Assembly: GCA_964658305.1 (NCBI GenBank) | Contig: OZ210885.1 | Location: 62,001-126,000, forward strand | Length of the DNA stretch: 64,000 nt | Direction of reading: 5' to 3' | Source of the DNA: Leptogorgia sarmentosa | Lineage: Eukaryota | Shown here: positions 43,776 to 57,733 of the stretch, piece by piece | Numbering within the stretch: position 1 is the stretch's first letter | Layout: the number at the start of each line of letters is the position of its first letter | Program-made: the position numbers and the translations under genes | The notes under the pieces: model-generated | Seen by the model: only the letters and a program-made list of their open reading frames with translations | What the model was told of the DNA's origin: nothing | Database searches by the model: none

Positions 43776-44723
43776 CTGATAAAGTGATTACAAAAACTGA
43801 TAGAGCGATTGCAAAAGTAACTGTTTTAGATAAAAAACACTAGTACCAATGTTTGTACTCTGTACAGGTAATTCCGATTATTGTCAATTTTGCATCAATA
43901 AAAAGACAGGTCATTACTGACTCTCGACACGAGTAGCTTCTTGTGTATCTTTTGATGTATCTGAGGGGCTATCACAGCTTCTAAATCAATGACACCCTGG
44001 CCCCCACAATGCCAAGGATCGAGGGGTTTGTAGCAGGCTAATAAGTGCTTTATCAGGATCCACGGAGCGTTTTGGGATTGGTGGGGCCAGGGGGGCTTGC
44101 GTGAGCGCGGAAGGTCTGACAGAGCCATTGGGCTGTCTGGGGATTTGCCCCCGAGAAAATGTTGAGATTTAGGCCTGTGAAATGGTGCAAATGCTTCGAA
44201 ATTGAACGCTGATCGTGAAATAGTAGCAGGATTAGTTCAAAAACTAAGGGTCCTTTTAAGACCTTTCTGGAAATAACGTAATTGTGAGAAAGTTTTTCCC
44301 AATAAAAGATTATGATTATTATTCAGTCAAACCATGACAACAGTCAGCTGCCCCCCCTCCCCCACCTCCCCGCTCACCAAATATGCATGCCCCCCCCCCT
44401 CCCCCACCTCCCCGCTCACCAAATATGCATGAGGGCCCCATCATCTACGCCACTGGGTGGGGCTAAACTCCAGCGAGCCACCCTGCTCTGTGACCTGTTA
44501 ATTGTAATTGACGGAAAATATTTTTAAAAAATCAACTTAGTAATAATTTAGTGTTCGAGCAATCAGAGCATCGTATCGTACTCAGGCTCTTCGCCTTCCA
44601 CCATTCATCAAAAAAGAATTGTGTCACGTGTATTTTAAATTCGAACCTTTTGGTTTACTGAACAAGACGTGACCCAGTTTGTAATTTCCTCTCATGTTAT
44701 TGGTTTACTGAACAAGACGTGAC

Positions 44724-46761
44724 CACTGAGCTATACTAAATTACTGGAGGAAGCGCACGCGAACAAAAAGTGAAGCCAAAAATTCGTCATTTGCTGACGC
44801 CATCTCCATGACAACTGGTCCGAAAACCTCACAGAATTACCGCTTACCAGGGCTCGATTTATGAGCCCGCTACGTTTCCACACCCCCCTGGTTTTTTTAT
44901 AAAAACTTCAGTTTTGCAGTGTTTTTTTCAGTTTTTTTCGACATATTTAGGCATTTTATTTATTTAGCGATAAATTTGCTCAAAGGACTGAAAGTAAGAT
45001 ATGTTGTATATTCTATTATAAATAGTGAATGTCAAAAAAAGTGTTAAAACCTCACGAAATGTGAAAAAGACAACATCTTATTCTATATTTCGAAGTCACA
45101 CCGTGAAATTTCAAAACATACTAGTCCTTTTTGTAAATTATTTGAGCACTAAACCTTCAATAGTGGAATTGTCTTATGAGCTCTGTTCACAGCAGTATTT
45201 AACTATTGATAGCAGCTTGCTATTTTATCATGTAAAAATATTGGAAATTAAGTTGCTTTCCTAATATATTTGTCATTATGATACAAATAAGTCCTGCTAT
45301 ATGTTATCCTAAATCTCATCCCTTTGTTGGTCTGGAGTGGATTGCATGGGTAGATTTTGAATTGATTGGCATATCATGGCCCCAGGGATTCTTATAATCC
45401 TTGAGGGATTCCAGCATGTAGAAGATTTTAGTCATATTGTTATACCAAATTGAATGATTTAATGGGCAAAAAAGATGATGAATTACCCTGTAACCACTAA
45501 CTTAACTATCATGTAAAGTCATCTGGCATCAGATTTGGCATATTGTAGCTTGAGCAAAGCACTGTTGAAAACTGTTTTAAAAGGAAGGGATTGAATCTGT
45601 TATTTTGTCCAAAGTCCTATTTGTCTGAAGTCCAAAATCTTATCAAGTAGGCTGCAAGCAGGCTACAAAATATAAACAGCCCCTAATATATAAAATATCT
45701 ACTGTATATTCTCATAGTTTTTGCAAATTCATTCTTCTTTATTGCAAAATTTATCCACAGTGAATCAAGGAAGAAATCAACTTCTCCAAAATTAAACATA
45801 CACAATAATTGATGTGCTATAATTGCAATTAAAATTCTTCATACAATGATTTATAATAAAGAATAATAAGGCCCATGTATCCAGGTCTCTAAAAGTGGTT
45901 TATCTTTAAGAAACCAATTCACCATAAATCTTCAAAATTCAAAGCTGTTGTCCATATTCATCTTGCATTGCCCTATGTGAGAAATACTCATTGCTCTCAC
46001 AGAAGTTTACAATATTTATTTGTGTCACATTTTGACTAAGAGGTCACATTTATGTGGCCATGCCTTGTAACCTCAGTGTGTCTAAATTATACAGCTAGAC
46101 AAGTTTGCAGACAGCCTCTCAGTTTCCAGTTCCAAAATCAATCTTTCCAATAATTTTGTAGATATTTTATGGTGCATCAGTGCCCATTGCAGCATAATGT
46201 ATTTCAAAATTAAAACCTGTCCAGGTGTCACTGTTAAAAGAGTACTGAAAATGGTACCACAACACAAACAATGAACGAGTGTTGCACTAACTAGAGTATT
46301 ATATAAAGTGCATAACTGAATACTGTTTTGTCTTCAGGTAACCTTTGGCTTGTTGATGGGAAATTCGAAATCCTATGACCAGCAGGCTTGTAAAAAAGGT
46401 GCCAAACTCGGAGGCCCCGAAAAACGTTTTATAGATTCGTATCGGTAGATGCAGTATTTTCTATGATAGTATGATCCAAATACCAGTATAAAAACAGTAA
46501 TACCAGTAACTTTGAGCCCTTTTCGGCAGTGTTTATTAATATTTGATAACAAAAGCAGAAAAATCAAAATACTTTCGGGAGGGTGAATGACTCTGTTAAA
46601 TGCCTAGGATCGCGGTTGGTCAGCGGTAATTCTGTGAGGTTTTCGGACCAGTTGTCATGGAGATGGCGTCAGAAAATGGCGTAATCAGCCATTATTTTGG
46701 CTTCACTTTTTTATCAGAAAAAAGGTACGTGCGCTTCCTCCAGTATTCTTATAGCTCAGTG
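44724..46761. mobile_element. 2.04-kb non-autonomous DNA transposon with ~125-145-bp TIRs and 8-bp TSD (P or hAT superfamily)
   Basis: Termini CACTGAGCTATA / TATAGCTCAGTG and a shared inverted block CTGACGCCATCTCCATGACAACTGGTCCGAAAACCTCACAGAATTACCGCT. TSD GACGTGAC at 44716-44723 and 46762-46769. No transposase ORF. Confidence 0.92.
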
Positions 46762-46967
46762 GACGTGACCCAGTTGTGATTTCCTCCCATGTGATTGGCT
46801 GGCTGATGCAAGAGGTGACCAAGCTGTGATTTCCTCTCATGTGATTGGCTGGCTGATGCAAGAGGTCATAAGACTTGTCACGAGACTTTAATTATTGTCT
46901 TCAAATGACAGATCCCTTCAGGCAAATTTAGCTTACACTGTTTATCGTGCAAAATTCAAGCAATAAA

Positions 46968-49900
46968 ATGGTGAAATTATACTGTAATTGTCTCAATATA
47001 TGTATAAATACACAAGGCAAGGATTTAAAGGAGCTGGAAGGCGAATCTTTTCTCACAAATACTTCAACAGATGATTTTTTCAAGGCAAGAATTTACGAAG
47101 TGCAGCTCGCTGTTGGCGGAATACAAAAGGTATCTTATTTTTGTTATAAATCAACAAAATAACAATGTTTTAGCTGCCAGTACATCATGTAGTTTAGGAC
47201 ATTGTTGACTGCTGCTTTTGGTTGCGTTCGAAGAGAAAATTTAACATTTGCAGGATATAATCATTGTCCGGAAACTGGGCAACAGTGTGTTGAAGTATTC
47301 CGTATTCGGCTGCGGTTTTCTTGAGGTTTCGTGGTGAATTTATGTATAGTTCCTCGATACAAGGCACTGTGTCGTTTCATTAATAGCACAGATAAAGGTT
47401 ATATCAAAAGGTTATATAGAAGAATCATTAAATAAAGTGCAAATATTGAATATGGAGATATTCTTAAATTATGGTTCTGCTTGCGCAGTTTATGTCTGGC
47501 GCTGTTTGTGAAATATTTCCAGTTCTATTTTGAATGTCTGGCTTTTTGTAGATAAATGTAATTAAGAAAGAAAGATGCCTCTCTATTTTGTATTGCAATT
47601 GTACTGTGTTTACATTCAGTTTGTTTTGCAACCTTGCAAACAGTTTTGTTTACAATGAATCACGTATTTATGTAATTGAATGCAATTTCAAAATTCCTTT
47701 GCCAAATTTGGTCGTTCCAAAAGAAATGAAGAATCTCTGCTACTTGAATCAAGATTACGCACTGAAAATTTATATCTTAAATTAACATGCCTGTGAAGTA
47801 AACATTTTTCCAGTTCTGATCCCAAAGTCATGCACAATGACTTGATTTCTTTTCAATAGAATTTGATTATTGAGCACTTGATCACTTGTAATCACCATAA
47901 TTAATGTAGATTGATTTGAGAAACTCACAACTTGTCTACCATATCAACATAGAAAGAGTATTTTATAATCAAAAGTTGTTTTGAGCAAAGGCATGGAATG
48001 TTGTATTATTGAATGGCAGTTAATGCTCTTCCCTTGGGTTTATACTGTATCAGCTTAATGTCAAACAGGAGAATATTGAGCACAAGAGCTTGCTCTGAAC
48101 AGGCCTGTAAATTCGGTTCTCACATCAAAGTCTAATATCTACCAATTTAAACAGTTAACCTCTACAATTTAACATCTTTTTTGATATTCAGGTCATATTG
48201 GGTGCATATATTCTCATACTGTATGCACTGCAACAGTTAATCCCAAGGTTGTAATGAGGATGAACAGATCGACGTTGAATCTGTGTGAATTGCTTGTTAA
48301 AGTTGATAATATTCTTTATTTCCAGGAACAGGAGATCTTACTGAAGGAAAGACAAATTGAAGACTGGATTGTGTTCAAATGTTTGGGATGTAATACGGAA
48401 CCATTTGCATTTCATTCAATTAAACGAGAAGACAGAATTTTGGTCAGTGACAATATTCAGGTATGGTGATCTTGTCAGGATCTTACCTCAATATTTCTCT
48501 GCCTCGTACCCAAGTGCTCTCAAAGAAGCCCCTTTGCGCACTGCAGTACTTCATGTAATGTCAACCGTATGGTGTAATGATGGTGTAACGTCGACCATTC
48601 AAAGACATGTGTATGAGTGAGGGTATTTTTACTGTCAGTGACAATATTTGGGTATGGTGATGTTGTTGGGGCAATACAGAACTGACCTTAATATATATAC
48701 TGTGATTAATGTGCTTTTCATAACAAGTTTTTTGTTTATCTAGAATGATGACAAGAAAAGTTTTGTTATGTTAACAAAAAGTGAAAATTTGTCCCCAGCA
48801 TTTAAGATCATTTTACAACCAGTGACTGAAAGTGATGATAGTTCAGGTGTGTAGACATGAATCATAAAAAAAGGACAATAAGAGAAGAATATCCTGCTAC
48901 TGGTAATTTCAAAACGTAGTCAGTGCAAGTAGTGGATAATTCAGCATCAAAAATATGTCAAAAAATAATTCACTACCTGACAGATAAAATAGACTTCAAT
49001 CTTTCATTAAATTCTATTTTATTATTTGGGTTGTGTTCTGTTGATACATAAGCGTTTGCTGTTAGAAAGACCATCAGTGTAGTTTTTAACCAAATTTTGG
49101 CATTTCAAATTACACCAGTAGCCTACATACCTACATATTTTAGTAATTGAACGTGAAATTGTCAATCCCTTGGCCCTTCACAACAAATACAATGCCGTAA
49201 ATATCTCAACCTAGTGTCTGTGACATAGGCTGGTTATGAGCAAACTTTGAGTAACATTGCTATCAAAGTAATTTCCTGAGCATGCACAGTATAGACAGAC
49301 ATAAGAGTAACATTTCAAATACTGTAACATTGTTTTAAAACAGTTGTTGTCAACAATGAACCACTGTATGTTCTTTAGTGAATGGTTTCAGCAGTGAAAG
49401 TATGAGTGTAGCAGAAGTGCGAGTGCAGGAAAAGGTAAAAAGATTTTTAAAATGTGAAGAAGATGCCATGCAGGAAAGAATACGAAAATATACTGAAGAA
49501 CAAAGAAGACTTTATACCGCTGTACAGTCACGGGCTCATAGCGATAAAAGAGCTGTCTTGAGGTAAACATTGCAGCTCTGGGGAAGTTCGTTTAAAAGCC
49601 GCTTATCGTGGGTCAAAATTGCCAGATCCAAAATTTCTGTTTTTATGCGTTTTTGCAAAAATACACCAACAGTGGGTCAAATTTTGCTACCGATCAATTG
49701 GTGTTTCTTCAATCGACTTTTGCTGTTAATAAATTTGTTGGGAAAAAATTATGTAAATGTTCCGTTATCAGTGATTTCCAGGATTTTCTGATAAATCTAA
49801 ACGAGCTGATGAATAACGAATGTGCTGAGTACATGCTTACATACGTGAACATTCGTGATAACTTTACTCGTTCACATCTATCGCACCTAAACGGCTAACC

Positions 49901-51877
49901 TAACTCTTCTTGCAGTATTTTAAGACGAGCTGCTGAGAATAAAGTAGAGGAAAGTTTATCAGACGCAATGGCTGATTTGGAACGTGAATCTTTAATACCA
50001 GATGAAAGACCTCTTCATGGAACAGGTGAGTGCCTAAAGTTCATGTTTTGCTTGCTACTCTGGCTTTGTTAAAAATGAAAACTTTAACACCAGCCGTAAA
50101 ATTGGAGTTGCTGAAGCGTTGTAATATTCTAACCTTACCCAAGCTTCTCTTATAAACCTCTCGTGTTTTGATTTCAAGTCTTTTACAGTATTTCATCACA
50201 TGCATGCATGACCAAAAGAAGGGAGCGATCGCCCTTACAAGTTTAATCAAATTATCAAGTATTTATCAAGGCACTCTATTAGAATTTCTTTTACTCATCT
50301 TTTGAAAATAATGACCAACGCAGGCTTTTCTATACACTCGTGGTGAGCAAATTCTGTCATTCCCAGTTAAACCACATTATCAGCAATTAGCGCAGGATTA
50401 TTTACGTCAAACTGTGACGTTAAATGTAGTTTATTTTACTTCTTTTCATACTCCTGCATGTGATTAGCACTTACGAAAAAGTTTAATGATATCTGATTTG
50501 AGACTGTGCCTTTGTGTAGCATTTGTCTGATTGTGTTCTGTATTCTTCAGATTTCGTGGATAACGCTTCAGGAATGAGAGTAGTACAAACACCAAACACA
50601 AGTACATCTTGGAATTCAAGGGAGAAACAAAGTGAAATAGACAATGATCATTTAGATCCATTATTTCATAGCACAACTGAAGATTTTCAACCTCAACCAT
50701 TTGTGGATTCCGATGAAGAAGAGTCCAGTGGTATGTCTGTCGGGAATGTAAAATGTCCTTCAACATTTTTTATTATGATCAGTGTGAGGCAGAACGCGTT
50801 TTCATTTGGAGAGAAACCTTGAGGTGGAATGAAGTCTTTGCGTGGACATATCTTTTTGCAAAAACAATTACCCTTGTTCACAAGAACAACCTAGCTTAAT
50901 TCTTCGATCAGGGGGTTCGTGCCAGTGAATTCCTGCAAACTGTGCAGTCCCTGCTTTTGCAATACTTTAACACAGCTTTTTACCGCTTTGATTTTGTGTG
51001 ATGGAAGTCTGTGTAGTTGTTTCACCTTCGATTGTGCAAGTTTACAAAAACTATTTTTACGACAATTCAGCTAGAGAGTTTTCTGCCGAGTACAATAAAT
51101 TGGAACAAATTGACCCATACATACCTTCAAAATCATAACAAATTGTCAATTTTCTTTGTTACGTAGATAACAGTTTTAACCAGACCGAAATGGAGTACGA
51201 GAAGTCTTCAAGCAAAGCAAGATATTCTTCATCTGTTCCTGTCAGTGTGCCGTTAATAAACAGATCGAGAATGGGCTTCCGAAAAACACCGCCGCAAGAC
51301 GATGAACCCGTAAGTTAGCATTATGTTGCATTAAATGTACAAGGAACAGTGGTGTTTCTCAAACAAACCTCTGCATGATAACTGAAGAACTGTGTAACAA
51401 AACCATGCAGGATTTACATTGACAGTCCGAAAAAAAAACACATAAACGTTTACAAGTCATACACGGAGCACATTTTGTACACGCATGGAGTACCTCCCTT
51501 ACCGAGCATCATAGTGTACAATAAGAGGAACTATTTCAGGAACCATCCTCAGAGATATGAAAAACTAGATTCATATTAATCTGGACGAAAGTTCTACTCG
51601 CAACCTAAAAATGCATACAGATTCGACGTTTAGAGACAATATATTATTTTTTAACAATAACAAAACCATGTTTTGTTTTGGAAAACTACCTAATGCATGA
51701 CGTGAATTGTTTGTGTACTTAGTTTATTGTTATTTTTTCTTATAGGAAGAAATGCCGTCGCCTGATAAAATAGCGGAATCAATTCAAGCTATAGCAAGAA
51801 GTATTCAGGATTCAAGAGATATCTTTGGAGAATTACCTCGACCAAGAAAAAATACAATGCCTGTCACTTTTAATTAA
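46968..51877 (+). CDS. AKT1S1: Proline-rich AKT1 substrate 1 (PRAS40) homolog, long invertebrate form, 382 aa, 8 exons
   Basis: Exons 46968-47129, 48326-48460, 48744-48846, 49379-49562, 49916-50025, 50551-50730, 51167-51309 and 51746-51877 (1149 nt). The C-terminus YSSSVPVSVP...KIAESIQAIARSIQDSRDIFGELPRPRKNT matches the PRAS40 block and the Akt site (human GDLPRPRLNT). Confidence 0.88.
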
Positions 51878-53498
51878 AGTTTCTAGGAAATTTAATATAT
51901 TTATATAATAAATGTTTATAATTATTGTATTGAATATTGTTTATCTGTGTTTGCACCAAAAGCTATGACGTCAGATAATCACTTTAGTTGTCATGGCAAT
52001 GTGGTAGACAAGTGAACAATAAAGCGACTGTATGCATATGTGTACTTTAAGCTTGTCCAAATTAATTTGGCGCAATTCATGAGCAATGGCTTCATCTCAT
52101 GCAATAAAAATGTACTATGGTGCAAATATAGTGACGCTGCAAATGACGAATAAAAACCCCTCAGTTTTAGTATTATTTGAACTTGTGTATTATAAGCCTG
52201 CGATTTCAGTTTATTTTGCGGGACCTAACTGGAGTATTCAACCTGTGCTGAAGTGAAGAATTTTTGGTCTATCAGCATGCCTAGAGTAGCCAATATTCGT
52301 ACTATTCTTACAAATTATTGCCGACCACGCAATATTTTTGTATTTTGTTGTTGACGATAGTATAATGTAAATGTCGACCACCAATGTTATTTTTAAATAT
52401 ACGTTATTTTTCCACTAAAATAATGTGGTTAGGTAACGCATTTTTTGGAATTATATACCGACATGCCCTATTGCGAGAAACAGTTCAAAGGGCAAGCAAG
52501 ATTAGTATATGCGACCATGCATGTTAAAAATTTAAATCTTCAAAAATATCATAAATAATATCATTAAGATATATAAAATATTTGATATGTATATGTATGT
52601 TATGTACGTACGTATCCCCAAATATCTTTAGATTTCCAACGCAGCACAAAGGATTTCTTTCGCGTTCTTTTGTTTTCAGCCTTTATCACACCCTCGACTT
52701 CGAGCTCGACTTTGTCCCGTTCTGGAATAATTATTATGAATTTACCGCCATTTTGTATCAATTAACCAATTAATGGACCAAGAAGAGGCGAGAAACCGAC
52801 AGGTTGATTCTCAGTAGTCAGTCCCAGTCATTTCCCGCCACTGAAGGAAATGCCCCGGTAACGAGGTTGGGGCTATCAAGTTCTCAAAATAGCCGGAAGA
52901 ATTCAGCGTCGCAAACAAGGAAACATAGGAATCATAATACTTTTATGGCCAATTTTGATCGAAATATATTTCTATTAGCTAAGCCGTGCTCTTAAAGTCA
53001 GTAAAGTAAGTAAAGTATTACACTTATAGCTACATTATCACTACCTGAATGATACAACATTCGGCGTTTTTGCATGGGTAAAGGCCTTTTGTCTGGGATT
53101 TGACGGCACTGATCTTGTGTCTATGATGCAGTGAATGATTGCAAATTTATAGGGGCGTTTACACTGCACTGGATTCGCATGGCATCGACACAATCTGGTA
53201 CAATAAAATCATGATCATTTATGCATGTAATGATGACAAAATTGAATGAAATATTGATGTGGCGAATTACCCCCAAGAAAATGACACCATCTGATTACAT
53301 GCACTTACATCTGTAATCCTTTGTATTTCAAAGAGCTAAGGAAAACATTGTGTCTACTACAAAAACCTTCCCATACAAGCGCAAGGGCAACCTCGTTTCC
53401 AGGATCTTGCAAGAGCTTTCCATATATAGCAATACTGTAAAGCGACTAAAATCTTCTAGCATTCTATAATTTTTATTTTTAGGTTTTGATTCCATAAT

Positions 53499-56400
53499 AT
53501 GAATTGCGTCAGTTTTGTCAATATTTTAATTGGTCTTAGTGGCGTGCTGTTTTCATGTGAAGGTAGCAATTCAAGTTCCCAATTCTTCCATTTTTTACAC
53601 AATAAATAAATAATCTATACATAAATTTTTACCGATGTCGAGGTGATTTTTAGTGAATATTCAAAATAGATGGTATAATTAGTATGCGTAAATTAAGTTG
53701 AATGTTGTGCCATGAACTTCCGCCATGAATATAATTTACTTTCTTTTTCAAAACACGATGTCTAAAATAATCGGAAATTCATTAAAACGACAAGCTTTAG
53801 ATGGCGGAATGGCAAGGAAAGTGTATTACATTATGCACGATATAACCAGCTAAAACGTTGAAGAATGAAAATGATTGGAAATTGCCATTATTCGTCGCTC
53901 TTTCTTTGTAACTCGTAGCTTATAACTACATTGTCAAACAATAAACAATTATTGGATTCGGCTTTCGCATGATATCAAGAATTATTCAGACCTTGGTCAA
54001 TGTTATCCGCCTCAGCAAATCTGCTGCAGGCCATTGTTTGTTTGTTTGTTTTTTCGCGCGCTTTTAGCTTCAAGCTTTTGACAGCGCTAGGGCTTGGGCA
54101 CGAGAGAGTCCAATAATTTTTTTTTTGGATGTAAGTTTGATCCAAAAAAATAATTATTGGACGCTGATGACGTCATCGGCGGAAAATACGTAATAAATAC
54201 CGAATACTGAGAATTAGCCGGTGCTTTCTGACCAATCAGGAACGAGAATAAATTTTAAATGTATAATAACTGGGAGATATATAAGTAGTAAAAAGAAGAA
54301 CTAAAGTTTAATGTTATAAATAGTTATAAAAGTTGTCTATCCTATATCAATATTGTTTAGGAAGAATTATTTCACCAGTTAAACCAAAGGAGACTTCCAT
54401 TAAATTCTCACAGAACCCAGCTACGTTAGGGAATTCGGTTGCCATAAAATGTGTGTCTCGTGGTTTTCCTGAACCAAGTTATACCATAACTCACAATGGT
54501 ACAATTGTCAGTACTTACCCTGTGTATACCATAGCTAAGGTGAAGTGGAACGATATTGGGATATATAGCTGTACTGCAAGGAATACCCTTGGAAGTGATT
54601 CGGATGTTGACTTCCTACATGTTACAGGTAAGATAAGATGTTTGGACAAATTTATTTTTTCGTATCCATATCCTGTTTCCTTTCTATATCCTGGGCGCAG
54701 GAGCAGTTTAATACATTCAAATAGTAGAGTAATATTAGGTATAAAATTAAATTAAGTCCATTCTTCATAGATTAAAAGGATGCGTTATTGTAACATTTTT
54801 GAATATACAGGGTGTATAAAAAAAACGCAATCCTACGTTCAAATGCAATTTTCATAACGAAAAGTAATAGAAAATAGGCTATATTTACCACCGTTAGAAA
54901 GCTCTATCATTCCGCTTTCTTAAGACTGCTTGTTTGTTAAATTTGAGAGTAATGAGCGAGTAATGATATTTTTAGTAAGTGTGATTGGACAATTTAAAAT
55001 TTGAGATAGCTTGAATTTATTAAAAATTTAACTTTAGTTGGTTAACAATCATTCAACGTGGCCTGGCTTTCTCAGCACACACAAATCACTTCGACGTTGC
55101 ATTTCCCGTGCAACTCTTCTTATTAGTTCATGATTTCCATGTAAAGCATCTGCTTCAAGCTGTATCTGCCGGTATTTACGTACGTTACGCCGAACGGTCG
55201 TCGAATTTGGGACTTGTCGATCCGGCAAAGCTATTCGAAACAATCTTAAAACTTCCTGAATACTTTTTGTTACAAAGTAACCTTCAACAATAAAAGTTAT
55301 TTCTGCCGTAGTGAGCTGCGGCATGATGCCTAAGACTTTAAAATTATTTCGCGAAAATATTTCAAACAAAATATTAGCATGCAACGATAACGTCCCCTTC
55401 GGAATTAAGAACGTCGAATTAGAAGCATCTAAAAATTACTGCTTGCAGTAAATCACTTATTTTGAAGTCCTAAAATCTAAATGGCCTAAAAAGTCACAAT
55501 CGACCACTTATTGAGTAGAAAAAAGATAGGGCTAAAACATGAACTAAAAGTTAAGACATGGAAATCTATATTATTTTGGTTATAAAGCCTTAAACTTGGA
55601 TTGCGTTTTTTTAATACACCCTGTACATTCAAATGCAATTATATATAACTTAAAAACAATGCTATTGTTTTTGTATTGTATTGTATTGTATTGTATTGGT
55701 TATTATCACATGTGCACACTCGTGCAACAGAATAATTGCACAATATAAATAAAACGCTTTTGTATTATATTTTTTCAATTGGTAAAGTAGAAAAAGAACC
55801 AACAACACCACCAGTAAGAAGAACTCCACCACCAAGAACAACAACACCAGGAACAGGAACACCACCAACATATGCATCTCCATCATCAGGACCAGGTAAC
55901 ACGGTATTTATTACTAGCTAATTCTATTTTAACATCGAAAGTGCCATAAATATATATACTCTTTTAGCTCTCAAACAGGATATTTATGTTAAAATATTTT
56001 AAACACCTTTTGAAGATTAGGAGCCGATTTTGTATCATTGATACCATTGTGGGTGCGAGGCAATGGACGACTTGTTTTTTACACTAAATTTGAATTCAAG
56101 TAATAAGAACGAAATCTTTCACTGCAGAGCTGGAAAAAGCGAGTTGGAATTTTGCAAAGTCTGGGTTGCGAAATGTTTCAAAATTTGCAGGAAACTTATA
56201 TATGGATGATCTGACGGTTTATCTATAAAAGTCCCACAAATTATTTATTCGCCATGCAAAGCTATAATACTCCAGATTAAAAATTGCTCTACGTGAAATC
56301 TCAACGCAACATTAACATTTTTCAGGGGGGGGAGGGGGGTTGTTACAACATTTCTGTCGAAGTTTGTGCCTACTAATCCCGGTCCTTTTTGGTATGTTTG

Positions 56401-56517
56401 TATAGTGTATCACTAAATGAATATTAGTCTGACGTTTAATGTGCGCCATTTGCAATAACTCGTTGCGAAATCACATACGCCACTGTTTTTTTTCTATTTC
56501 TAGCCCCAGGGGCCTGA
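53499..56517 (+). CDS. Small secreted or cell-surface single-Ig-domain protein with Pro/Thr stalk (possibly decaying)
   Basis: Phase-1 exons: 53499-53562 (signal peptide MNCVSFVNILIGLSGVLFSCE), 54379-54627 (Ig domain, C..GFPEP...DIGIYSCTARNTLG), 55788-55895 (PTTPPVRRTPPPRTTT) and 56504 onward (APGA then TGA). Confidence 0.7.
53941..54269 (+). mobile_element. Degenerate AACAATTATTGGAT-type hairpin element remnant
   Basis: Its start resembles 63357 and 3663, and it has a CCAATCAG..TATAATAA end. The hairpin is half deleted. Confidence 0.55.
54808..55623 (-). mobile_element. Internally deleted Tc1/mariner transposon
   Basis: TIRs CAGGGTGTAT.AAAAAAACGCAATCC and TA TSDs. The remnant ORF joins an HTH-like N-terminus (MPQLTTAEITFIVEGYFVTKS...STTVRRNVRKY) to a typical C-terminus (MQRRSDLCVLRKPGHVE). 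No DDE domain. Confidence 0.9.
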
Positions 56518-56696
56518 AAATCAAATCAGTGCACCTGATTGGTGTGTGGAATTATCGTCATTGGAATCATATTTCACTTATTGCCAGAATGGCCTCGCTA
56601 AATTTAATTTCAGTATATGTAACCTCTTAATGACTATGTTCCTTGAAAGAAGTTGGCGGGTTGGTTCTGCAACGAATGGAAAGAATTTATTTCCTT

Positions 56697-56903
56697 TATA
56701 TCTTTGGTGGAGAATTACCTCGACCAACAAAAAATATATTGCCTGTTACTTTTGATTAAAGTTTCTAGGAAATTTAATAATTTATATAATAAATGTTTAT
56801 AATATTATTGTATTGAATATTGTACAGTATTTGCATCGAAATTTATGATGTCACTTGTAAGATCACTTCAGTTTCCATGGCAATGTAATAGCCAAGTGAA
56901 CAA
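56697..56903 (+). pseudogene. AKT1S1: Diverged duplicate of the end of the AKT1S1 last exon and its 3' UTR
   Basis: Aligns by eye to ~51819-52019. Reads GELPRPTKNILPVTF* and retains AATAAA. Confidence 0.88.
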
Positions 56904-57733
56904 GATAGTAACAAGGTTCTGGAGAAAAAGGACAGCATCAGAAGGATAAATAGAAGCTATTCATCAGTTGCAATTTAGCTATTCATAAATTGCAATTTCG
57001 TGAAACGAACCTTAACCGCCTGATAAGAAGGAAGGTTGTCGATCATCAACTTATATAATGATAATATGCAGTGACAGAACCGGGCATGCATATTCCATAA
57101 AAAGCTTTTTATACTATTTTGTTTTAACAAATAACAAATACAACGCAGTTAGGCTTTTTTGTTTCAATTTACGTACCTATAATGGCATTATGACAATCAG
57201 CAAACTGCTCACTTTATAAGTTTTTACATTACATAACATGGCAGTAGGTGTTCCAGAACGCTCTACGTTGTAGAAGTGGAAAAGCGCTCGGTAGCGGAGC
57301 TTCCATCGAGCCTTGAATTCAGCACCCCACTACTGGCTGGGTTGATAAATGTGAAATACAGTAGAAAATTGTAATATATTGATTTTACTGTATATTGTAT
57401 AAGGTTTTCCAATCAAGAGATTCGGAGCAGCTTTAAATGAACAATCGTTTCATTGAGTAATAAAACTGCAACGTCGCGACGGTTAATATATAGGTTTATT
57501 CAATAGAGAAGCAATGTTTTATAAGAAGTATGTACCATATATGAATTGCAGACGGTGAATTGTTGAAAATACGCTATTTCACTGCTACAGCATTGAGTAT
57601 TACAGCACCGGATCCTCCCCCTCCCCGCATTACAATGTTGATGTAGGGGGACATAGCAGATATTTTCAAGAAGTCTACAAATTAATTTCCATGATTGTAG
57701 AGTAGCCATCATTCCTAATCAATTGGTAATCTG

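Noticed and set aside
54160..54200. Second hammerhead-like core CTGATGA..GAAA
   Set aside because: Stems I and III cannot be formed.
56630..56680. SECIS candidate (ATGA-N12-AAA) downstream of the Ig gene TGAs
   Set aside because: No complementary 3' arm or correctly placed GA was found by eye.
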